NCBI GenBank assembly: GCA_964549595.1
Contig: CAZJWK010000005.1
Coordinates: 1,393-65,392, forward strand
DNA from: an uncultured Sphingobacteriales bacterium
GTDB taxonomy: Bacteria; Bacteroidota; Bacteroidia; CAILMK01; CAYYUA01
Direction: 5' to 3'
Length of the DNA stretch: 64,000 nt
The notes under the pieces were generated by a model. It did not search any database and was not told the DNA's origin. It saw only the letters and a list, made by a program, of their open reading frames with translations. The first letter of the stretch is position 1, and every line of letters begins with the position of its first letter. The translations under genes and the position numbers were made by a program. This document shows positions 1-9,635 of this stretch, in pieces.

Positions 1-1370
1 TCAAAACGAAAAGTACGGGCCCCTTTGATGAGGATGGCTTCCTGGTTGAATGAAAGGTTGTTCAGATCCTTCAGAAAACTATCCGTAGTGGGGTATAATG
101 TCTTATCAACCGGTATCTGTTGTTGCTGCCGTTCAATGGCCGGTCCTATACCGATCAAGCGATCAATACCCTTGCTTTCAAGAATGTGGCCTACCTCCTT
201 GTATAAATGGGCTTCACTCCTACCGCTTTGTAGTATGTCCGAAAGAATAACTGTCTTTTGGGTATGCTGATTTTGCTGATTCAACAGATCAATGGCTATT
301 TGCAGCGAAAGCACATCGGAGTTGTAGGTATCGTTGATGATTGTGGACCCATTAATACCCCTTTTCATTTCAAGGCGCATTTCCACCGGTGAAAGGTGCT
401 TTAAATCCTCTTTAAGGGAATCCTGAGGAATGGCCATATATGAGCCCAGAAACCAGCAATTTATCGCATTCTCAATAGAAGCCTGGTCCGTATAGGGAAT
501 AGTCACTTGAATGTCCTGATTAATCCATTGTGCCGTTATTTCAGTTGTTTGACGGTAAGGAACAATTGAATTCAAAGTCAACTCGGCATCTTCATCCTCA
601 CGAGACCAGGAATACGTTGAGAAATCCCAATGTTCGAAAAAGCCTTGATCTTTTTGTTTTTCGATCATTTCATGAATTAAACGATAATCACGGCAATAAA
701 ACAACTCCCTGCAATGACGAAAAAGCTGTAGTTTTTCTTCCACTTTTTGTTCCATGGAATCAAAAGCAGCCTGATGGGCTTGGCCGATATTGGTAAATAG
801 CCCCAAATTGGGTTGAATGACCTCTTCAAGCGCTTCCATCTCTCCAGGTTGAGAAATTCCGGCCTCAATGATAGCCACCTCATGGTCGGATTCCAATTCC
901 CAAACGGATAAGGGCACCCCGATCTGTGAATTGTAACTCCTGGGACTACGATGAACATGAAAATGTTGATCAAGAAGCTGGTTCAACCATTCCTTAACAA
1001 TGGTTTTCCCGTTACTACCCGTAATTCCGATTACCGGGATAGAAAATTGCCGGCGGTGATAGGCCGCTAATTCCTGTAAGGCCATTATACTTCCCCTAAC
1101 CACAATAATATTGGATTCCGCAATGGCCTCTTTACTTAGCCATTGTTCAATGCCCCGGTCTTCTACAACAAAGCACCGGCAACCTTTTTGAAAAGCCTCT
1201 TGCAAATATTTGTGGCCGTCATTATGAGCACCACGAATAGCAAAAAACAGTAGTTGCCCTCCCTGGTGGAATTTCCTGGTGTCGTAGCCCAGGTGCTTTA
1301 TGCTTCGGTTATCAGACACATGAAGCACTTGGCCGGTCAGGATCCCGGCAATACGATCAAATGTGTACAT
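1..1370 (-). CDS. murF: Bifunctional UDP-N-acetylmuramoyl-tripeptide:D-Ala-D-Ala ligase / alanine racemase (MurF-Alr), 5' part; runs off the window
   Basis: Not in the ORF track; hand-translated from ATG at 1370: MYTFDRIAGIL...IPVIGITGSNGKTIVKEWL (Mur ligase P-loop), RSPRSYNSQIGVPLSVW, EAGISQPGEM. At the window edge the frame reads ILIKGARTFRF, the typical junction before the Alr domain in Bacteroidota fusions. The Alr half is inferred, not seen. Confidence 0.9.
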   Translation of the reverse strand, partial: MYTFDRIAGILTGQVLHVSDNRSIKHLGYDTRKFHQGGQLLFFAIRGAHNDGHKYLQEAFQKGCRCFVVEDRGIEQWLSKEAIAESNIIVVRGSIMALQELAAYHRRQFSIPVIGITGSNGKTIVKEWLNQLLDQHFHVHRSPRSYNSQIGVPLSVWELESDHEVAIIEAGISQPGEMEALEEVIQPNLGLFTNIGQAHQAAFDSMEQKVEEKLQLFRHCRELFYCRDYRLIHEMIEKQKDQGFFEHWDFSTYSWSREDEDAELTLNSIVPYRQTTEITAQWINQDIQVTIPYTDQASIENAINCWFLGSYMAIPQDSLKEDLKHLSPVEMRLEMKRGINGSTIINDTYNSDVLSLQIAIDLLNQQNQHTQKTVILSDILQSGRSEAHLYKEVGHILESKGIDRLIGIGPAIERQQQQIPVDKTLYPTTDSFLKDLNNLSFNQEAILIKGARTFRF

Positions 1371-1637
1371 GGATTATCAACAAATGGATTTATGGCGTTT
1401 GGCCCTTTTATTTTGGAACGGAAATTTAGGGATTTAACCTGAAAAGTGAAGTTCGTTGATGGGTTTTATGTTGAAATATTTCCTCCTGCTCATACATTTA
1501 ATAAAGGGGAGACTTTGGTGATACCTCACCCCTTTCAAGTGGGAACACTATACCTCAGATTACACCCAATAAAATACGCCACCTTGGTTTCCATACCTAT
1601 TGCATTGGCTTTAAATAAACTTTTTGAATTCAAAAGC

Positions 1638-3707
1638 CTATTGGTTCACCGCATAGTAAGGGTCCATTATCCCTTTGCGTTGGTAGGGTTGCTTTTTAAA
1701 AAACTGAACAGGATTAATCCGCGCTGAGAAAGTATTACTGTAAATCGCCGTGCTATCCATTTTATCTTCTATGTGACGGTTCCTAACGGTATTAGAATGC
1801 TCATCCGGGTTTAGCTTTAGCCGTATTTGAGTTTTTAGGGCTCCGGTAGTTATCGGTACAGTAAAATCCCAGAAAAACCCTGGTGGCAATGCTACGTTGT
1901 AATAGCTATTACCGCACCAACTACTTGGCAAGTACATGATAGGCTTCCAGTTTCCTTTGCGGTCCTTAGCCTGCATCTTCATGTACAAACGGTTATCCTG
2001 AACCGGCAACACGGCAGTATCTTTTGCATTATTAACCAGGTATACTTTGTATCCCTTATAGTGACCGAAGATCGTATCTTTGGTTGTAGTATCGACCCAT
2101 AATTTTAATCCTGGAAAACTATCCCAACCTGAAGGTATTTTCCTTGGGTAATTGTATTGCTTCCTTTCCTTTTTAGAAGGCTTTCCTTCATTAAAGGACC
2201 GGGCATAGAAAAAGCCCCTGAACCGGTAAAGATAGTCTAACTTTTGATAAGTCTTTTTTCTCTTAGTGGATTTTTTCCATACCCATTCACTCTTTAAAGG
2301 ATTGACAACAGCACTATAACCAGCTGTTTTGATTCGAATATAGGGATGATGGAGGCTATACCCTTTTAAGCTGTCAAAACTAAAAAGGCGCTCATTGAAT
2401 TTGTCGATAATATAATATTTCTCCGAATCCCCTTTTGCCCAGTAATAATCATCAAATGATTTAACTTTTTGAAGGGTCTGATATTGAGGCTGAATTATCC
2501 ATTCCCCGGCTTCATTTAGCAAGCCGGTTTTTTGATTGGATTCGGCTATCAGCAGTCCATCCTCAAAATTTCCTTTAAAATCGGTAATTTTCTCATCAAG
2601 CAGCTTCTCACCAGTTTTGAAATCTATCAAATGGAAATCATTAAAATCCCCTGCAAGGCCTTTTCCCTTCCCCACATTTTTAATGACCTTATATTTTGGA
2701 CTGTCCAGAATCACATGGCCTTTATCATTGATCACCACCGCTTGGTCTTTATAGTCCTTTGAGTAATACTTCTTTTCCCTCTCTTTAATGATGGGGGCTC
2801 CATTATCCTTAAAGCCTACTGTGTCCTCCACGGTTAAGGTATTCGCTGTACTATCGACTCTGTATATATAGTCTATTATGGCGTAGCCATCTAAAAAATT
2901 CTTTCCCAGCCAATATTTTTTGTAAGGAAGCGTAAACAAGAGGTCCCCCTTCCTTTCGATATAACCGTACTTTGGACCAAAATCCGGATCATTTCCTTCC
3001 ATTTCAACTTTGATAATTTCTCCTTGAAAAGCATCAATCTCCTCGTAAAGTCCGAAAGGTGTCAACCGTTTACCTGATGTATCGATAAGGCCCTCCACTA
3101 CCGTTTTTTTGCCATTGATAAAGGTATCCATACTGGCTACAGCCACGCCATAATTGAATTTATGAATTTTGGTAAAAATGGTATCAATTACCATCTTTCC
3201 AAAACGATCGACAAAACCTTCATGCTTCCCATGAGTTCGGATTTTCGCTCTTTGATTTTGAAAAGACTCTATGTCCTTAGCACCTAAGGAGTCAAGGCTG
3301 AACACAAATTCACCTTTCGGGTTGATCACATATTTTTCTCCCTTATAAATTACCTTGGCCCTTTCCTGGTTAAAAGGGGTGGCAAAATCATAAACTGGCG
3401 GCAAAGCAAACTTCCCGGAGTTATCGATGTAACCGAACAGCCCTTGTTTCCTGGCAGGCGCAAGGCCATTAGAAAAAGGCCCGGCATTGTTAAATTCAGG
3501 TGGAATAACCATCTCTCCTTCTTCATCGATAAAACCTTTTTTCCCCCGGACATTCACACTAATAAGGGTATCCCTTTCTTCATACTCAGTGAAAGTGTTT
3601 TCTAACCCTGCATCCATAAAATGGGGATGAAATTCGAAACGAAAGAAAGCCAGAATGATAGTGACTAAAACCATGGTTTTTGAAAACATATATAAGGCTT
3701 TTCTCAA
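1638..3707 (-). CDS. WG (KWG) repeat-containing protein with a C-terminal domain of unknown function
   Basis: N-terminal hydrophobic segment; repeated GFID/GYID-x2-G-x4-P-x-F/Y units (GKKGFIDEEG, GLFGYIDNSG, HEGFVDRFG, KYGYIERKG); C-terminal domain with WKPIMYLPSSWCGNSY. Confidence 0.8.
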   Translation of the reverse strand: MRKALYMFSKTMVLVTIILAFFRFEFHPHFMDAGLENTFTEYEERDTLISVNVRGKKGFIDEEGEMVIPPEFNNAGPFSNGLAPARKQGLFGYIDNSGKFALPPVYDFATPFNQERAKVIYKGEKYVINPKGEFVFSLDSLGAKDIESFQNQRAKIRTHGKHEGFVDRFGKMVIDTIFTKIHKFNYGVAVASMDTFINGKKTVVEGLIDTSGKRLTPFGLYEEIDAFQGEIIKVEMEGNDPDFGPKYGYIERKGDLLFTLPYKKYWLGKNFLDGYAIIDYIYRVDSTANTLTVEDTVGFKDNGAPIIKEREKKYYSKDYKDQAVVINDKGHVILDSPKYKVIKNVGKGKGLAGDFNDFHLIDFKTGEKLLDEKITDFKGNFEDGLLIAESNQKTGLLNEAGEWIIQPQYQTLQKVKSFDDYYWAKGDSEKYYIIDKFNERLFSFDSLKGYSLHHPYIRIKTAGYSAVVNPLKSEWVWKKSTKRKKTYQKLDYLYRFRGFFYARSFNEGKPSKKERKQYNYPRKIPSGWDSFPGLKLWVDTTTKDTIFGHYKGYKVYLVNNAKDTAVLPVQDNRLYMKMQAKDRKGNWKPIMYLPSSWCGNSYYNVALPPGFFWDFTVPITTGALKTQIRLKLNPDEHSNTVRNRHIEDKMDSTAIYSNTFSARINPVQFFKKQPYQRKGIMDPYYAVNQ

Positions 3708-3900
3708 AATAACTCATTAAATCTTTTTATTATTATTTTAATCATTTTTCTCTAAGCCATAAATATTGGCCATTTTATCGATAATGGCTAGCAATTAGGC
3801 AAAAAACCCGTATTAATGGTTATATACCCGGGGAATTTTTAAGAATGGTAACCCACAATTTAATCGACCCTGGGCTAAATTCTGGACTATCTGACAAACA

Positions 3901-4710
3901 CTAACTTAAAGCCGGATCGTAGAAATATTCCTTAAGAATGTCTGTCAGCTTACGGGTAGTAATCCTCAGGTAAAGCTCGCCTTTTTGAGCCACTGCTATA
4001 GACCCGTTTTCTTCCGAGATAATGATGGTAATGGCATCTGTTTGCTCGCTAATGCCTAAAGCAGACCGGTGCCGCATACCAAGTTCACGGGGAACGGTAT
4101 CGTTTTCTGAAACAGGCAATATACACGAAGCAGCCTTTATCTGATTGTTGGCTACGATAACAGCCCCGTCATGTAGGGGACTGGTTTTATTGAAAATGGT
4201 TTCCAGCAGACGGCTGCTAACACGAGCATCCAACTCCACGCCCGAAGAAGCATAATTCCGCAATTCCGAAGTATTGGCCAGCACGATCAAAGCCCCCATT
4301 TTCTGCCTGGCTAACGTCCTGGAAGCCGCTATGACTTCCGAATAATTCAAAGGTTTGAGTTCCGTATCAATGCGCCAATTCCAGGGTAATATTTTACTCC
4401 AACTAAAATTTCTATTGAACAAGATGCTGTTCCGCCCTATCATAAGCAAAAAGCGCCGGATCTCCTGCTGAAAAACGATCAATAAGGCCAACACTCCGGC
4501 TCCTAAAAACTGTCCCAAAATGGTGGAAAGCAGCTTCATATTTAAGGCATTGACGCCCCACCAAACGAAGTAGACCAATAGCAGCCCGAGAAAAATATTG
4601 AAGGCAATGGTACCCTTTACCAACTTGTAAAGGGTATAAATAAGCAGTGCCACTAAAAGTATGTCAAGGATATCGAGTATGCGTATTTCCAGAAAGTCAA
4701 AAAGCCTCAT
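3901..4710 (-). CDS. cdaA: Diadenylate cyclase CdaA/DacA (DisA_N domain, 3 TM)
   Basis: Three N-terminal TM helices, IVFQQEIRRFL, catalytic PLHDGAV and GMRHRSALG motifs. Confidence 0.93.
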   Translation of the reverse strand: MRLFDFLEIRILDILDILLVALLIYTLYKLVKGTIAFNIFLGLLLVYFVWWGVNALNMKLLSTILGQFLGAGVLALLIVFQQEIRRFLLMIGRNSILFNRNFSWSKILPWNWRIDTELKPLNYSEVIAASRTLARQKMGALIVLANTSELRNYASSGVELDARVSSRLLETIFNKTSPLHDGAVIVANNQIKAASCILPVSENDTVPRELGMRHRSALGISEQTDAITIIISEENGSIAVAQKGELYLRITTRKLTDILKEYFYDPALS

Positions 4711-4719
4711 AAAAATGGT

Positions 4720-5616
4720 TTAAGCTTCGACCCCTCCATCGGCTGCTTTATCCACAGGCATGGAAAGGTATTTGGCCGTTAAAGCAATGGCTTCCATAGC
4801 CGGTTTCACATCGTGGACCCTTAGAATATTGGCCCCATTCATTAATGCCATCGTGTTCAATACGTTGGTGCCGTTCAGTGCTTCTTTGGGTGGTACATCC
4901 AATACTTTTTTAATTATGCTTTTACGGGATAAACCGACCAACAGCGGCAATTCAAATACCTGAAAAACCTCCAGCTGCCGCAAAAGCTGAAAATTGTGAT
5001 CCAAGGTTTTACCGAACCCAAAACCGGGATCAATAACCAGGTCATTGACATTTTTCGTCTTCAGGGTTTCCACCTTTCCGGATAATTCCCGGATGATAGA
5101 CTGGGTTACATCCTCATATTGTGGATTTTGTTGCATCGTTTGAGGCGTTCCCTGCATGTGCATCATGATATACGGAACCTGATACCGGGCCACGGTATCA
5201 AAAATGGCCTCATCAAAATTGCCTGCACTGACATCATTGACAATGACAGCCCCTTCATCCAAAGCCCTTTCAGCCACCTCACTCCGGTAAGTATCAATGG
5301 AGATCAAGGTGTCCGGATGGCTTTTAAGAATGGCCTTAATAGCGGGAATGGTCCGGTTTAATTCCTCATCTGTTGAAATGGTCTCAGCACCGGGCCGGGT
5401 AGAATGACCACCCACATCTATGAAAGTTGCGCCATCCTCCAGGAACCGATCAGCCTGTTCTACAATATCCTTTTCTTTTTGGTAGCGGCTTCCCTCATAG
5501 AATGAATCCGGAGTAGTGTTGATAATTCCCATCGTTTTCGGATAAGAAAGGTCAATCAGTTGGTTATTACAGCGAAGGCTTTTTTGAACCGGATAAGGGA
5601 ATTTTTGGAATTCCAT
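4720..5616 (-). CDS. folP: Dihydropteroate synthase
   Basis: MGIINTTPDSFYEG, IDVGGHSTRPGA, SIDTYR, DPGFGFGKT, GLSRKS, LRVHDV. The ORF track starts at 5691; ATG at 5616 (or 5637) is more likely because a + strand promoter lies at 5620-5627. Confidence 0.95.
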   Translation of the reverse strand: MEFQKFPYPVQKSLRCNNQLIDLSYPKTMGIINTTPDSFYEGSRYQKEKDIVEQADRFLEDGATFIDVGGHSTRPGAETISTDEELNRTIPAIKAILKSHPDTLISIDTYRSEVAERALDEGAVIVNDVSAGNFDEAIFDTVARYQVPYIMMHMQGTPQTMQQNPQYEDVTQSIIRELSGKVETLKTKNVNDLVIDPGFGFGKTLDHNFQLLRQLEVFQVFELPLLVGLSRKSIIKKVLDVPPKEALNGTNVLNTMALMNGANILRVHDVKPAMEAIALTAKYLSMPVDKAADGGVEA

Positions 5617-5619
5617 AAT

Positions 5620-5627
5620 TAAATTTG
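5620..5627 (+). promoter_or_regulatory. Bacteroidota primary-sigma -7 element (TAnnTTTG) for the DUF1599 operon
   Basis: TAAATTTG 40 bp upstream of the TTG start at 5668. Confidence 0.55.
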
Positions 5628-5667
5628 TCTCAAACATTTTGAGGGTTAAAATTAAAAAATTATCCAG

Positions 5668-6234
5668 TTGGGGCATCAAACAGCCAAACAATATAAAACC
5701 GCCTTAGCCCAAACGCGAGAAGTTTTCATCAATAAAAACAAGGACTACGGCACATCCTGGCGGATTTTACGGGTAGCTTCGCTTGTAGATCAAATTTTCA
5801 TCAAGGCCAAACGGATACGAAGCATTGAAGAAAAAAAGGCCCAAAAGGTCGCTGACGATAAAAAAAGCGAATACATCGGCATAATCAATTATGCCGTATT
5901 AAGTTTGATTCAATTAAGGCTCCCCGGGGAAGCACCTTTGGAAATGCCATTTGAGGATGTCCTTGCTTATTACGACTCGATTACTGAAGAAGCCTTTGAG
6001 TTAATGGAGCAAAAAAACCATGATTACGGAGAAGTTTGGCGGGAAATGTGGATATCCTCTTATACGGATATAATTTTGATGAAGCTTTTGCGCCTCGGAA
6101 AAATTATTGAAAACGATGGCAAGACCATTGCTTCCGAAGGGTTAGAAGCCAACTTCTTTGACATCATTAACTATAGCATTTTTGCTTTAATAAAAATTCA
6201 AGAACACTATGAAAGTAGCAATAACGTGGATTAG
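5668..6234 (+). CDS. DUF1599 domain-containing protein (two tandem domains)
   Basis: KNKDYGTSWRILR...DQIFIKAKRIRS and KNHDYGEVWREM...DIILMKLLR repeats; typical position divergent from folP; TTG start. Confidence 0.8.
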   Translation: MGHQTAKQYKTALAQTREVFINKNKDYGTSWRILRVASLVDQIFIKAKRIRSIEEKKAQKVADDKKSEYIGIINYAVLSLIQLRLPGEAPLEMPFEDVLAYYDSITEEAFELMEQKNHDYGEVWREMWISSYTDIILMKLLRLGKIIENDGKTIASEGLEANFFDIINYSIFALIKIQEHYESSNNVD

Positions 6235-7351
6235 CCGCCTATTAGTCGGGGCGCTTTTTATATTTTCCGGTTTCATAAAGGCCAACGACCCATTGGGGTT
6301 TGCTTATAAATTGGAAGAATATTTCACCGTTTTCGGGATTGAATTCCTGAATCCATTTTCTGTATACATGTCCATTACGGCCTGTGTATTGGAAATGTTT
6401 GTAGGCTTACTCCTTTTGCTGGGTATTTGGCGGAAGTTTACCACCACTTTGCTCTTACTCCTAATTGTCTTTTTTGGTTTTTTGACCTTTTATTCAGCCT
6501 ATTTCCAGGTCGTTCAGGATTGCGGTTGCTTTGGGGAATTTCTTAAATTAACCCCCTGGGAATCTTTTTACAAGAACCTAATCCTTTTTGTATTAATCCT
6601 TTGGCTTTTCTTCAACAAAAATTACATCAAAGGGCTTTTCAGCCCGATTCAGGGCCAACGTATTGCTTTTACCTTACTGGCATTGGCCATTGTATTCCCT
6701 GTTTACACCTACAATTATCTGCCGGTTATGGACTTTCGGCCTTATCATGTGGGCAGTAACATCAAAAAGAAAATGACCATCCCTGAGGATGCCCCGGAGA
6801 CCAAATATGAAACAAGGGTCATCTATAAAAATACCAATACAGGAGAAAAAAAGGCTTTTAAAACCAAAAATATCCCCGAAGATACCACCACCTGGAAATG
6901 GGTGGAAACCAAAAACAAAAAAGTTCAAGAGGGCTATACCCCTCCTATTCATGATTTTTCTATTGAAGGGCTTGAGGGATACGATTATACCGATGATTTT
7001 CTGAGTCAAAAAGGCTATCGCCTGGTGGTTGTCCAGTATGATCTGACTAAAACCAATACAGGAGCTCAAAAAGCCCTGACTAAATTGGCCAAAAAGGCGA
7101 AGGGAGAAAACAACCTTGCCTTCTGGGCATTGACTGCCTCTCCTGAAAGCAAAATCAAGCAATATCGTGAAAAATACAATGTAGGTTACCCCTATTATAT
7201 TTCTGATGCCACTACTTTGAAGACTATTATCCGCGCCAATCCGGGCTTGCTATTAATGAAGAACAACGTGATCAAGGCCAAGTGGTCAGATTTAAACATC
7301 CCTTCCGTGAAAACCATTAAATCATACTTGAATAAGGACAAGGAGACTTAA
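6209..7351 (+). CDS. BT_3928-family / DoxX-MauE membrane protein with a C-terminal thioredoxin-like region
   Basis: SRLLVGALFIFSGFIKANDPLGFAYKLEEYF, VVQDCGCFG, 5 TM helices, LPVMDFRPYHVG. Confidence 0.8.
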   Translation: MKVAITWISRLLVGALFIFSGFIKANDPLGFAYKLEEYFTVFGIEFLNPFSVYMSITACVLEMFVGLLLLLGIWRKFTTTLLLLLIVFFGFLTFYSAYFQVVQDCGCFGEFLKLTPWESFYKNLILFVLILWLFFNKNYIKGLFSPIQGQRIAFTLLALAIVFPVYTYNYLPVMDFRPYHVGSNIKKKMTIPEDAPETKYETRVIYKNTNTGEKKAFKTKNIPEDTTTWKWVETKNKKVQEGYTPPIHDFSIEGLEGYDYTDDFLSQKGYRLVVVQYDLTKTNTGAQKALTKLAKKAKGENNLAFWALTASPESKIKQYREKYNVGYPYYISDATTLKTIIRANPGLLLMKNNVIKAKWSDLNIPSVKTIKSYLNKDKET

Positions 7352-7379
7352 CGCTAACCAGGACTAAAACTTGCCACCC

Positions 7380-8438
7380 ATGGGACGTTTTATTCTTCGC
7401 AGGCTTATTTACGGGGTAATGGTCTTATTGGGCGTGGTGATAGTGGTATTTCTTTTATTCAATGTATTGCCGGGAGATCCTGCCAGGCAGACCCTTGGCC
7501 AAAGGGCTGATGTAGCAACCGTTGAAACGATACGTGATCAACTGGGCCTTGATGAACCCCTTCACACCCAATTCCTGATGTACCTCAATGATGTGTCGCC
7601 CATGTCTTTTCACGAAGATACCCCTGAAAATCAGGAAAAATACCATTACACCGAGCTCTTTAAATTCGGGGATAACAATGTGGCTGTCCTGAAAACCCCC
7701 TATTTGAGGCGTTCATTTCAAACCCAGAAACCCGTATCGGCCATTCTTGCCAATGCCTTACCGCAGACAGCCCTACTGGCAGTAACGGCTCTTTTTTTTG
7801 CCACCATCATTGGTATCATACTGGGAGTATTTTCAGCCCTGAAAATGTACACCTGGAAAGACAATGGGTTAATGGTACTGGCCATTCTGGGCATTTCTAC
7901 GCCTTCTTTTTTCTCAGCGATCCTCTTTTCCTGGATTTTCGGTTTCTTATTAAGCGATATCACAAACCTTAATATGTATGGGGGATTATACCATTACGAC
8001 CCATTTCAGGGGAGAGTGCTGGTGCTTAAAAACCTTATACTCCCGGCAGTGACTCTGGGAATCCGCCCATTGGCGATCATTACTCAACTAACCCGCAGCT
8101 CTATGCTGGATGTTTTAAATACGGACTATGTCCGAACAGCCACCGCCAAAGGTTTGAAACATTACACCGTAGTTTTCAAACATGCATTGCGCAATGCACT
8201 TAACCCGGTTCTTACAGCTGTTTCAGGCTGGCTGGCTTCCCTTCTGGGCGGGGCCTTTTTCGTGGAATACATTTTTGACTGGAAAGGCATTGGTAAAGTC
8301 ACCATCGATGCGTTGAATAAAAATGATCTGCCGGTGGTAATGGGGGCTGTACTGCTTATATCTACCATTTTTGTGGTGACCAATATTGTTGTGGACATCT
8401 TGTACGGGGTGCTTGACCCAAGGGCAAGGATTCAATGA
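7380..8438 (+). CDS. Peptide/nickel ABC transporter permease (DppB/OppB family)
   Basis: LPGDPAR, LGLDEPLHTQF, EAA-type loop TRSSMLDVLNTDYVRTATAKGL, HALRNAL, GAFFVEYIFDWKGIG. The ORF track uses TTG 7371; ATG 7380 is likelier. Confidence 0.88.
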   Translation: MGRFILRRLIYGVMVLLGVVIVVFLLFNVLPGDPARQTLGQRADVATVETIRDQLGLDEPLHTQFLMYLNDVSPMSFHEDTPENQEKYHYTELFKFGDNNVAVLKTPYLRRSFQTQKPVSAILANALPQTALLAVTALFFATIIGIILGVFSALKMYTWKDNGLMVLAILGISTPSFFSAILFSWIFGFLLSDITNLNMYGGLYHYDPFQGRVLVLKNLILPAVTLGIRPLAIITQLTRSSMLDVLNTDYVRTATAKGLKHYTVVFKHALRNALNPVLTAVSGWLASLLGGAFFVEYIFDWKGIGKVTIDALNKNDLPVVMGAVLLISTIFVVTNIVVDILYGVLDPRARIQ

Positions 8439-8571
8439 AGTGATGGTACTGAGTATTGAGTTTTTGAGACGGTTAAACTATCCCATGCGCATTTCAGGTG
8501 GTTCTCAATCTTGGTAGGATAAGTTGCTTTTTGGTGGGTTAAAAAACAAGTGAAACGCTGAAGAATAACCA

Positions 8572-9084
8572 ATGAAAATCTACCTCATCGGCTTCATGGG
8601 AAGTGGTAAAACGGTTTACGGAGAACGTCTCGCCAAACAATTGAAATGGGATTTTTACGATCTTGATCAATTGGTAGAAGCTAAAGCAGGAATGACTGTT
8701 CAGGCCATTTTCCAAGGCCAAGGAGAAGCTTATTTCCGGAAACTGGAAAAAGAAGCCCTGCGGGAAACCAAGGACCTCCATCAGACAGTCATTGCAACAG
8801 GAGGCGGTGCACCGGCTTACCACGATAACATCGATTGGATGAATACCCATGGGGACACCATTTACCTCAAGTTACTCGAGGAAAAGCTGGCTAAAAGGCT
8901 CAAAAAGGAAAAGGATAAACGCCCCCTGATTCAAGGCATGAAAGACCATCAACTTCAAAATTTTATCAGTGAAAAGCTAAAGGAACGGAGCTATTATTAC
9001 CTCCAAGCGAAGCGAGTAATAGACCCCATTCATGTGCAGCCGAATGAATTGGCTAAATTGCTTAAGACAGAAACCACAAACTAA
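8572..9084 (+). CDS. aroK: Shikimate kinase
   Basis: IGFMGSGKT P-loop, DLD, GEAYFRKLE, ATGGG, RPLI. Confidence 0.93.
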   Translation: MKIYLIGFMGSGKTVYGERLAKQLKWDFYDLDQLVEAKAGMTVQAIFQGQGEAYFRKLEKEALRETKDLHQTVIATGGGAPAYHDNIDWMNTHGDTIYLKLLEEKLAKRLKKEKDKRPLIQGMKDHQLQNFISEKLKERSYYYLQAKRVIDPIHVQPNELAKLLKTETTN

Positions 9085-9089
9085 GCTTT

Positions 9090-9635
9090 TTAGTGATCTC
9101 CCTGATCTTCAAAAAAACTAAAAACAGATTTCCCGTATTTGCGCTTTTCCCGGAAATTAGGATGATCATCGAATTCTTCTTTCTTAAAATGCTCCATGAT
9201 CACCCATCCGTCCTGCTTCAGCAAACCCCTTTCAAAAATGATGTCAATTAGGGTTTTTTTATCGGCCAAAGCAAAAGGCGGATCAATAAAAATGATATCG
9301 AAAACCTGAGAAGTAGCCCGCAAATATTCAAAGGCATTCATCTGTAGCGCCTCAACCTGTGGTAATCCTAACCGCTCCTTTTCCTTGTTAATAAATTTTA
9401 CGGATTGGGGATGATTATCAACGGCAAGGACCTCCTGGCAACCACGGGAAGCAAATTCATAACTAATTCCACCGGTGCCGGCAAACAAGTCCAATACTGA
9501 TAAATCCTCAAAATCAAAATAATTCCAGATGATATTGAAGATATTCTCCTTGCTGTTATCCTTTATGGGCCGCAGTTTCATAGTTTTTAGCGGCTGGATG
9601 GCCTTACCTTTTTTTGTGCCTCCGATTATTCGCAT
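9090..9635 (-). CDS. rsmD: 16S rRNA m2G966 methyltransferase RsmD
   Basis: MRIIGG, LRP, VLDLFAGTGGISYEFASRG, IFIDPPF, RKYGK; start overlaps the DUF3822 stop by 10 bp. Confidence 0.92.
   Translation of the reverse strand: MRIIGGTKKGKAIQPLKTMKLRPIKDNSKENIFNIIWNYFDFEDLSVLDLFAGTGGISYEFASRGCQEVLAVDNHPQSVKFINKEKERLGLPQVEALQMNAFEYLRATSQVFDIIFIDPPFALADKKTLIDIIFERGLLKQDGWVIMEHFKKEEFDDHPNFREKRKYGKSVFSFFEDQGDH

Noticed and set aside
1446-1727. 93-aa + strand ORF in the murF/WG gap
   Set aside because: GTG start, overlaps the WG gene antisense, no recognisable features.
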